Source: Catajapyx aquilonaris (taxonomy: Eukaryota). Taken from it: DNA of 52,090 bases. The stretch covers positions 1-52,090 of the forward strand of contig JYFJ02002717.1 in the NCBI GenBank assembly GCA_000934665.2. The letters run 5' to 3'. Each line of letters starts with the position of its first letter. The stretch's first letter is position 1. The translations under genes were made by a program, and so were the position numbers. Under the pieces are notes generated by a model. The model had not been told where the DNA came from, did no database searches, and saw only the letters and a program-made list of their open reading frames with translations. Shown here in pieces: positions 23,134 through 33,370 of this stretch.

Positions 23134-24153
23134 ATGGCGTCGGTTCAGCACATCTTCTCGGGTCCACATGTCCAGACATTTTGCTTCGGATGGACACTTG
23201 AGAACTACAGCGTCTTACGAGGTAGAGACAAAATAGTTTCAGATCCATTCACTGTGGACGGACCTCAAAAAACCAAATGGGAACTCTGGATATACCCAAA
23301 AGGTGATGAAACCTGTCGCAAAACTTACAAAACTTACATGTCCATCGGAATGAAGAACATTTCAGATGAAGACGACCTGAAAGTGACGGCGGTGTTCTCA
23401 TTCGCCATTGGAAGTGCAGATGAGTACGTACGTGACGAGGGAAAGGGCATCGTTTTTTCCAAATCAACCCTGTGGACATGTCACGATTTCATAGACACAC
23501 AGGTATTGAAAGAAAGGTCATCAGAGCTCATTCCTCACGACGTCTTGACTTTGTTCTGTACCGGAAAGATGATGGTTCAGTGTGCTGAAGCCAAGAAATC
23601 ACAGACTGATGTCCGAGGCGGATTGGCTGAAGATTTACACTCATTGCAATCAATGTCGGACAAGGACGTGACACTGGTTGTGGAAAAAGACAACTCGAAA
23701 GTGCACGTACACAGAGTGATACTGTGCGCTAGAAGTTCTGTGTTTGCAGACATGTTTGAGAACATCGGGAAAGTTAGGAGGTCAAGAAAGGTCTTGATTC
23801 AAGGCTTCAGTTCAGATGCGGTTCGAGGGATGGTGCACTTCATGTACACAGACCAAGCACCTGAACACATGACGGACGATCTAGCCATGGAGATGATGAC
23901 AGCTGCTGAGCAGTACCAGATCCCTCGACTCAAATCGGTCTGTGAGGTGCATCTGGCCAGCTCCCTGACCAAAGAGAAGGTGACCGACCTACTGGTATTT
24001 GCAATCAAATTGAATTCTCCTGCATTGAAGAAAGCTTGCAGTAGTTTTGTCGGCTCACACATGGATGAAGTCCTCGACACTGAAGCCTGGAAAAAATGCA
24101 GTCTCGCTGAAGTCCGGAAGGCCGTCTGCTGTTACATGATGGATCGTTATTGA
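23134..24153 (+). CDS. SPOP-like MATH-BTB protein F (339 aa)
   Basis: FGWTLENYS, WELWIYPKG, VHRVILCARSSVF, FMYTD and LKKACSSFV. Confidence 0.92.
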   Translation: MASVQHIFSGPHVQTFCFGWTLENYSVLRGRDKIVSDPFTVDGPQKTKWELWIYPKGDETCRKTYKTYMSIGMKNISDEDDLKVTAVFSFAIGSADEYVRDEGKGIVFSKSTLWTCHDFIDTQVLKERSSELIPHDVLTLFCTGKMMVQCAEAKKSQTDVRGGLAEDLHSLQSMSDKDVTLVVEKDNSKVHVHRVILCARSSVFADMFENIGKVRRSRKVLIQGFSSDAVRGMVHFMYTDQAPEHMTDDLAMEMMTAAEQYQIPRLKSVCEVHLASSLTKEKVTDLLVFAIKLNSPALKKACSSFVGSHMDEVLDTEAWKKCSLAEVRKAVCCYMMDRY

Positions 24154-24274
24154 TAGGTTTGGTCTGGCAATGTAAAAGTTAATAAAACAAAGAATTTGGA
24201 ATTCGAGTGAATGGTAGTGGCAATAAAGCCTGTTAATGCACCGGGCTTGTGGTGGGTGCACCTTCGGCGAGTAT

Positions 24275-24434
24275 TGTAACTGTACAGGAGCGCCACCTTG
24301 CAGCGTGTGTTGCACCCTCTAGCGGATGGTAGTGGAAGGTGTGTGGGGCTAAGAAGGGATATAGTCAGAGAGGTGGCGCACCCAGTGGGAAGAGAGATAA
24401 CGTCCAGCGGAAATATAAACAAACATCGTTGACA
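24275..24434. mobile_element. Candidate solo LTR (160 bp, Gypsy-like 4-bp TSD)
   Basis: Starts TGTAAC and ends GTTGACA, flanked by GTAT at 24271-24274 and 24435-24438. GC-richer than its flanks. Confidence 0.45.
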
Positions 24435-24762
24435 GTATTAGGTGAAATATTATTGAGAATGTTGGAATAAGGGATCACAGTATGGTAACACCATCAAGAG
24501 CCATGAAATAAGCACTAGAAAAGGTAACAATAATATTTGTTTTATTTTTAACGAAGATGGACTCATAGCCACACCATGATGTAACTATCAGTCTCAGGCC
24601 ATCAATCCAGGACGGTCCAGGGAGTAGCTGTTACTTTCAGATAACTTCATGCTGGGATTTCTCGGTGAAAGTTGAAAAGTCCAACTACTTGCGGATTGAA
24701 GGCCACAACACAGGTCATGTTAAAACATAGGTGTCCACGTGCAGTTGGCAGAAACATTCGGC

Positions 24763-25136
24763 TCAAAATTTTGAAGGAGAGAGGCCCTTTACGTGGAGAT
24801 GTTGGAGAGAGTAGGATTTTCTGTACATCATTCTGTTGATTAGAGGGCTTCCTGCTTCAGGGTTCGTGATAGAGGCGCTGGAATTCGGTTTTTGGACACC
24901 AATAGAGGTCACTGGTCTAGATGTTGGAGGTGCTACATCTCCAGACGATGATCTTGACACATTTGTGAGGTTCTGAAAGTCATCGCATTTAATTACTATT
25001 GAATCTTCCTCCACAAAAGACAGAGACATACTTTTTGTCTTTTGGTGTGCTGAATTTGCTCCTGATTTGTTCCTAAACTCCTGCTCCAACCGGGTCTTGG
25101 TATCGCTTGCGGACAGGCTGAAATCCAGCTGAAATC
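24763..25136 (-). other. Unassigned Ser-rich open exon, possibly an alternative terminal exon of the GTSF1-like gene
   Basis: Strong acceptor ttttttcctctag followed by about 124 open codons. No recognisable domain. Confidence 0.35.
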
Positions 25137-25309
25137 TAGAGGAAAAAAGAGCATATGTAAATCTCTCAATCATCATGCCACTATGACTATTTACGTAATG
25201 AGGACTCCACCTGTTAGGTGCAAAATATTAAGGACGTGCTGGGGAAGGGGGTTTCATCACAAACAGAACACAAACTATTAATGATAACCAACTGGTCCCC
25301 AGATCTGGT

Positions 25310-26989
25310 CTATTTTGGTCTATCCTTCTTGATCTTCTTCGACGACACCTTGGCCTTGGCCACCACATTTTTAAATCCAGGCATGCTGGGGAATGCCGGA
25401 AGGCGCATCTGGGTCTGCACATGGACAGATGGAGGATGACTATCGACAGATTGTGATTCCCTGAAAAATCATTTTGTTACTATACAGTCATCTCGCTTGA
25501 ACGTTACTCTAGGTTTCTTCTGGATCAACCTACTTTATCCTTTTGTGCAATTCCGCTTGTTGGTTCCGGTGTGCCACCCGTTCCTTCTTGGTCTTCTGCT
25601 GCGGGGCTCTGAAACGAAGTAGTCAAAGTAAAGTGGTTTCGCTGTCAAAATATATGTTCTGGTACATTAAAAACATTTTGTTCCGCCATTAGTGATATGG
25701 TGTCAAAAATGAGCTCAAACGCTCGCTTCAAAATGTGTAATTAATGAGGAGAGACCTTGGATGTCATAATTGCTGACATCATAAAATGAAACAAGGTTAA
25801 TAAGATGAGATGAACTTACACTAGTAGGGCCTCGGTCCTCAATTTCTCCCGCGGGTCATAAGACCCATCCTGACAATCGTCCCAGCACTCGCCTTCTGTC
25901 ACCTTCGAGGTGTGATGCTCCATGGCAGGAGGAACAGTATCCTCAGCAGTCGAGATGCCTAAATGAATAATAACAGGATGATAAGAACAATCAAATACGT
26001 GAATTGTGCCAAGTTGATTATTTGGCGATAGCGCAAAAAGGCTTATCAGTTGTATTTGTTGTGTGAACCCAATGAAATCATGAGATCAACAAATGAGTAG
26101 GAAACACTGCTATTGGCAACCACATTTTAGTGGACATGGGTGTGGATCTACAGATGTGTCCTCGTTGACGTCCAGCAAGCGACTGTGGCGTTCTTCCACC
26201 CATTGCGCATGCTCGGAACTGGGCCAATTGGAACGTGGCGGTAACAACAGTGGCGGACCAATGAGAAGGCTTATCCATACACCGCAAGCATTTTAATATT
26301 ATTGAAGATACTCACGCTCACGCAGGATATTCTTCGTACGACTGCGACTGGCACAGTTCTTCTCATGCCTCTCCAGGTCAGCTGTGGCCATACGATGGGA
26401 TGAATTATAACAGCATATCGCTACGCATGCGTTGGGATGTTGCCTTGCACATTTGGTGGCGTGATATTGAAACCTAGCTGCCAGGATCTCGTGTGAGCAA
26501 TAGGCGCACTCAATCATTGTCTCTCCAACAGCCAGTGGGAACTTAGTCTTCTTACCTCCGCCGTATTGAGACCTCTTCACCTCCCTAGTTATTGAACATT
26601 GAATTCGCTGTAAATTTGTTTGCAGTTTAACCTCCCATGTGCTACAGTCTATGGATGGTATGATTCTTTGAAGGAATATTGTCATGCCTGACTTGGAGAT
26701 GGCCAAATCTGAATTGTTGTTCGTACCTTTTCTGCGATCGTTCCATAGCTCAGCAGGTGGTCTGGGGATGTGGGTTGATTTACTGACGTTAATGTCCACA
26801 CCAGGATCTAAAGCCAATTAATTTGTTCATTTTTCGAGAAGTAAGGTGCATTGCTACGGGACATATCTCATAGCATTGCACATACAAGGTGAGTCACAAC
26901 TGCAGGTCAACGAGTACTTAAGAGCACTATTATTGACTTGGAAAACGCATGCTACATTATCTTGCTACATATTCAACTTAACCTGACAT
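25310..26989 (-). CDS. GTSF1: Gametocyte-specific factor 1/Asterix-like protein (tandem CHHC U11-48K-type zinc fingers)
   Basis: Fingers CAYCSH-x9-H-x3-C and CCYNSSH-x9-H-x3-C at about 26355-26510. A downstream exon at about 25820-25958 encodes ECWDD..SYDP, followed by a basic PQQKTKKER..R segment. Putative micro-exon ATGTCAG at 26983-26989. Internal exon borders are partly uncertain. Confidence 0.75.
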
Positions 26990-27127
26990 TTCCTGCCAAA
27001 CTGTTTCTAATAATGAAAATGCCATTGGTGTTAAAATTTTGACAGGCATGGGAATATTAAATGTCATTCTGCGACGTATACTATGTTTCACATTCAACCA
27101 GAGAATGCGGTTGAAATGCAATATTTT

Positions 27128-29019
27128 AACTGTTGGTATATCATCGTTGACAATGTGTCGAATCATCGTTGCCCTTTGTGACGTCATACCCATTTTTAGT
27201 TGAATCAATAATAATTATATTGTTATTCTTTAATTTGTCAAGGCGAAGTCCCTGTTATTCAACAATCAAATTGAAGATGGAGAAATATCCGCTTGAAGTT
27301 GTTCATGCGGTATTCGCCTGCTGTCCAGTAAAGCTAATTAGTTTAATTTCATCAGTGTCATTTCTGTGCCATGCAATACGGTCATTAAATCCCAGGCTGG
27401 CTGTATCATATGGATGTGCACTCCGTTGAATTCATACAAGAATGAAGCTATACAATATTATTGTTGCATGAGCTTCAATGTTTAGTTTCTAAGGTGACGT
27501 TGTCTGAGCCCAAACAAAACGTAGCATTGATTTTCAATGTCTTCAAAATGACCCCATATCAATGTCAAGTCAAGTCAAGTGCCATAATGGACCTATGAGC
27601 GATATTTAAATTCAATATGGTCAAGCCTTTCCACACCTGCTAATGCTATTCATACCATCTTTTATGTGGTGAGGGATATGGACAAAGCCTGAATAAGTTA
27701 CTGAGTTAATATTAGTAATGTTGTGACACCTTACCTTGCAGGTGAGCTGCTAGGCGTTATATAAATATCGAATTGCTAATATGGCGGGCTATTATCCGCA
27801 GAAATTAGCAAAAATGGACGATAACTCGAAGAAGGCGTCCGACCAAGCTGTTTCTCACAAATCGACTAAACTGTTATTTATCGAAACAACATTGTTATCA
27901 ATCTCCATAGCTCCTCGTTGCTATAATCGCTACCAATGTAGCCACTACGCTATGTTCAATTATTTTTGTAAATGGGGTGTGATGACAGCAACAACAACTT
28001 TATGCAAAGGTTTCATTTAGTATATTCGAAGCTTGCTCTGCTCTCTGCCTAGATGTAAAATCAGAACCAGTACTATTTTATAGATGAGAGTATACGGTTT
28101 CAAAACTTCCTTCCATTGATTGGATATTAGTCCTAAAGCATTCATTCAGTTAATCAATCATTCCAAACTCCCTAAAGACATATTTCAAATGTTGAACGGC
28201 CTATACAGTATGTTTGTTATGTAATGCAACATAATTATCAACCTGTAATTACGAAGGGAAATCACATGCCAGCAGTAGTCATAAAAGGCATCCACTAAAT
28301 AATCTGTAGAAACATCATGTAATAACCCTCACAGTTCATGAATGAGGTCATTCTTGATCACTGTTTATGTACTATCCACGCTCCTCCGCCTTATCACATA
28401 CGTAACAAAATATAACACATCCTACCAAACTCTGTTTAATGGTTAACATGATTGATTTGATGCTAAACCTTTGACAGATATGACCTTTTCAGCTAGCAAT
28501 ATGTAACTGTTAGTTTGACTGTTGATGTTGCTGTAGATGTCCTCTGTGACGTCAGTACTATTGTTTGCTTGAATCAATAATTATTGTATAAATTATTTTT
28601 CATGAAATAAATTCCGTAACAATGTGTAGTCTCCAACAATCAAAAATGTCGGGTGGAGAAATAGCCATATGACTTTTCTTTCGATGTTCGCATGGGTCCC
28701 GGTCAATCCTGACTTCAATGCCAATTAACTTCGTTTAATTGCCACTAATTTATGTCATGTAATACAGTCAGCAAATCCGTGACTGACTGCCTCATACGGA
28801 TGTGCACTCCGTTGATTTCGCATTAGTATGTAGCTCTACAATATTGTTACATGAGTGTTTCTAAGGCGACGTTGTCGAGACCAACAAAAATTGTCACTTT
28901 GATTTCAAAATTACCCCCATATCAGGCCCATATCCACATTGCCCGTCCCCAACCCCAGTCACGTGCATTAATGGACCTATAAGCAATATTTAAGTACAAT
29001 AAAGTCAATCCCGCCCACA
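27128..29019. repeat. Pair of degenerate direct repeats of about 500 bp (27128-27634 and 28505-29019)
   Basis: Collinear shared blocks: tgtgacgtca, ttgaatcaataat, caacaatcaaa, ggatgtgcactccgttga, tttctaagg.gacgttgtc and taatggacctat. Confidence 0.8.
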
Positions 29020-29819
29020 GTCATATAGTCAATCAAACACATATTGAGTCATATTATTAACTTAAATTTTTTTAAATAATGAGCAATAAGGGGATATTTT
29101 TACTAATTATATTCCCTCAATATTGCTGTACACCCCATACTTTGTAAGGGATTGGTCAGAAATGAGGGGCCTAATATGAAATAAACCTAAGGAGGTGACT
29201 TGGGCTGAGGGGGGCCAATTAATAGAAGCATATTAATTTGCTTACCTTACGCTTGTGTTATGAATAACGATGAGTCACTGAAGTAGCGGATGAGGAGATG
29301 AGGAGCTTATCTGGCAGGACACATTCAAAAATGCGACCGGTTCAGCTAAGCCTTCAATTTGTCTAACCGCTAAGCTCCATGTCAATAACTAATTGTCGAC
29401 TGGTTACTTTGGCAGCGAGTTGATATAACAGTTACATAATATGCAGTGTAGCCACTTAATTCAATTATGTTCGTAAATGTGGTAACTGGTTTTCAAATGT
29501 CTCATAGACCTATTGGCCTATGCAACAGACCAACAGTATCGGCCCTTGATACATTGTAAATCCGCCTGAAAAATTACTGACATACGTAACACAGTAAGCT
29601 TTATACGCACGAACAAGTGGCTATCAGTAAATAAACAGAAATATCTGGATGTATTATGACCTTTTGTTTCATGGATTACATATCACGACCTATCACTGTT
29701 ATATCATCCCATCATGAAAGTCCCGTTCATATTGACACCTTTCACTTTGCACAAATCAGTATTTGGTACATTTTGGAGGTACAAGGAGTTGAATATTGTC
29801 CATCTTCCTCTGGTTTACG

Positions 29820-32800
29820 ATGGAAATTAAGGGACCTTTTCTGGAGGCCATTCCTGGCCTACAATTATCAACATTTGAGTACCTTCAGCAAAATGTGGCA
29901 AGGGTGATAGAAGATTGTGGAGACAAAGTATTGGTGGTGAGTGCCTGGCTATTTTTTAAAGATAATACATTTAAATGAGAATACGAGACCTATGTGTATA
30001 GAAGATCAGGTGACATAATATATACTGTAACCTACATACGTAATGTGATCCCTTGGTTAAGAGGAATATTAACCCTCTGAATCATTAAGCTAACTTTCTT
30101 GGTATGAGCTAGCCATAGGGGCGTACCCAGGGCATACCCGGGGCCGTCACAACTTACAAAGTATAGTAACCCGTTGTCATAAGTGACATTTGAAAAATCC
30201 TGAGTAGAAACCCACTTATAAAACTCCTCATCATATGTTGAGGTCACAAAGACGTCATTAGCTACTTCTGGATATTATCATCAGATAAGATTACCTGTGA
30301 AGACGTCAGTTGTTTATATGCTATGTACTTATTGAAAAGGCCAAAAAAATTCATTCATAATTTTGACATTGTCTTTTCAAATTTCAAATTATGATTAGGA
30401 GAAATGACAGTTACGATGATTGTATCAACCTGTGTCTGACGCGTGTACCTCCACCCACAGCGAGACCTTTGCACCGGAGACACACTTCGATACTCTGAAG
30501 TTGAGCCTCTGACCAGGAGAGTGGGAAGTGCTTTGACCAAAAGAGGGTTCAAACCACAAGACACCTTCGCGTATGTCACGAGCAACTGCTGCCAAACATA
30601 TGCAATCATGTTCGGGGTATGGAGGCTCAACGGGATCATACGACCTTCGTACCCAGAAGACACCCAAGGTAATGTTCATGACTGTGTTCATGTCTGCAAA
30701 CACATTACCACCAATCATTTCAGAGACTTTGAAGCAGCGAATGACCGAGTCTGAGTGTCGATTCGTCCTTTGCGAGGCCTCCACTGCTCCTTCTGTCCTG
30801 TCCGTCTGTGGTCAGCTGGACTGGACAGTGCATGTCTTCTGCTTCGATGTCGTGGAGGACTGTTTGCACGTCGATGTTCTGTTTGAAGACGACGGAGCAG
30901 GTGCTGACCACTCGTCTCTTTTCATATGTAATGCATCGAATAATGTTAACGGTACACTTTTTATTTAGCTCTTCCCGAAAAGATAACGTACAATCCAGAC
31001 GATTTAATGGCTGTGTTGTGTACCGGCGGAACAACAGGACCGAGCAAAGGCTGTGTGTTCACACATCGACGTCTTATGGCTTGTATGGAAGTAGAAGAAT
31101 ATGTGTAAGTGATCCAACTGTTTAAGTAGAAGTATTGCTCACTTCATTTTTTCCCCAATTTAATTTACGGAAAATTACCCTAAGGTAGTTACCCGAATGT
31201 ATCGAACGGAAAACTCTTGTCTACAATGCGGGTGTTTCACGTGGGGGGCATAAAGTTCGTTCCTCAATTTGCGTCGAGAGGAATTGAAATCCTTCTAATG
31301 TCAAACAGCAATCCAGAAGCATTTCTTCGAGGCATACACGAACATCGAGTGAGTATTACATAAATAATTGCGCCACTTATTACGTCTATTCCGTCTCTAA
31401 TTATTGACATTGTTGCCCACCAATGTAGCCTAGTAGTGTGTCCGGTTTTCCCACTGCCATACTTTGGGCTTCATCCCATCCTTCTGCTCAAAATTATGAC
31501 TTATCATCGGTCAAATCTGTCGTAATGCTAGGTGCAACAGTCACAGAAGCAATGATGGACGCAGCTCGAAGAGGTTTTCCACAATTGGAGATAATACACA
31601 GGGTAAATTATTTCGAATAATTAGACATTGCACAAAAATAATGAATTCATTGACAGGTGTACGGTATGACTGAAGGATCTGTTGTATGCACGACTCTGGA
31701 CGTTGCAGTCAAAATAAATGATAACGATGAAACTGCTCCATATGAAGGTTTGCTTATCATACAGAGAATACATTAATTGCTTCAGTAACCCGAATAAATT
31801 GCATAAGCTTAATGTATTTACAGGCACACCTGCCAAAAGCTGTGGAAAGTTGGTACCCGGTGTCAGATTGAAGGTATTTATCTTAATTCGGGCAAGTAAT
31901 GCTTTATTAAATTGTATTTCTTCCATCAGATTGTTGATGTTGAAAGTCGCGAAGATCTGGGACCAAACATGCCTGGTGAAATAATAATTAAAGGTCCTGC
32001 AGTCATGAAGAGTTACTACAAAAACAGAGAGGTGCTCTATACAAATTCACATTTTGCTAATTGCAAATAGTCTAATTATTACTTCTGATGTTTAGGCTAC
32101 ACAAAAGGCGTTTCGAGACGGCTGGTTCCTTACAGGTGATTATGGCTATTACGACACAAATGGCTTCATTTACATTTTGGACCGAATAAAGGAGACGTTC
32201 AAGTACTGGAATTACCATGTACGTATCATGACCTGACTCGTTTATATGGTGCATGGCAAATTGTTGCCTGAGTACGAATTGACATGACAATGATCATTGT
32301 ATTACAGTGAAACCTGTCTATGTTGGACACTGACAGTTCCAAGAAAAATGTCCAACTTAGGGCGGAGATGTCCAACTTATTAAGGTGTCCAACTTCACAG
32401 GTTTCACTGTATATTATTGCAATTATTATTGCAATCAAATACTGTATATTTTGTCATGCTGTAATGTTATGACTTCAGATATCTCCAGTAGAATTGGAGG
32501 ACGTGATCTTGAAGCATCCGGATATCCGGGAAGCCTGTGTGATCGGGATACCAGACCCTGAAGGTGGTGACAGCATACCAAGAGCATATGTCACCAAAGT
32601 GAAAGGGTCACAGCTGGACGAAGACACACTGAAACACTACGTCCATGGTATAATATATGAATATTGCGATATCAGTCTCATAATTACGATTATGATATAA
32701 ATAATAATTTCAGGCCAAGTGTCATCTTACAAGCAACTAAGAGGAGGAGTGGTCTTTCTGGACAACATCCCAAAGTCACAGCCTGGAAAAATGTCTCGTC

Positions 32801-32838
32801 TTATGATCCGGAAGATGTTCCAGGATGGTCTATTGTAG
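29820..32838 (+). CDS. Luc-like 3: firefly-luciferase/4CL family enzyme, 12 exons
   Basis: Exon 1 is 29820-29936 (MEIKGPF...GDKVLV). All 12 exons are in phase. [25 protein letters not shown] and PKSQPGK. Ends QDGLL-TAG. Confidence 0.92.
32305..32409. mobile_element. 105-bp Tc1/mariner/pogo-type MITE in intron 10 of luc-like 3
   Basis: TIRs CAGTGAAACCTGT...ACAGGTTTCACTG flanked by TA on both sides. Internal TGTCCAACTT occurs three times. Absent from the paralogous intron of luc-like 4. Confidence 0.85.
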
Positions 32839-32931
32839 CTGCCCACATAACTGACAATAAAATATTGGTCAATATGAGAGCATTAGTCTTTATTAAATAT
32901 AATTCCGGTAAGGTTTCAATACGGTCACTCC

Positions 32932-33078
32932 TCAAGAGTAGAAGGTCAGCACTGGTGTCTGGTTTCCTCTGACCAAGAGGAATGGAGGCATGTCCCTAGT
33001 GAGGACGTCCAACCAGGCCATGTAGAAAGGATGTGGCGCACCTTCCCTGGGCATCGGAAGGGTCATCACGATCAGGTT
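32932..33078 (-). pseudogene. Duplicated 3' fragment of the NKCC gene
   Basis: Encodes [11 protein letters not shown]...[31 protein letters not shown], nearly identical to 36304-36453. Confidence 0.9.
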
Positions 33079-33370
33079 ATTCAACAGTACATGATACATT
33101 GCAAATCCTCCTGAAAAATTACTGACATAACACTCTCTCCACATGAACAAGTGGCTATCATAAAATAACCAGAATTATCTGGATGTATTTTAGTGCGACC
33201 TTTTGTTTCATGGATTAATCACCACCTATATCACTGTTATCATCCCATGAAAGTGCCATTCATATTGACACCTTTTACTTTGCACCCATCAGTTCTGCTA
33301 TTGGTACTGTTTTGGAGGTACAAGAAGTTGAATATTGTCCGTCGTTCCTTCCGTCTTCCTCTGGTTTACG

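Noticed and set aside
11378..24080. Recurrent antisense ORFs over the BTB domains (e.g. MAANTGLLA...)
   Set aside because: They are shadows of conserved sense-strand codons in paralogs, with no independent coding evidence.
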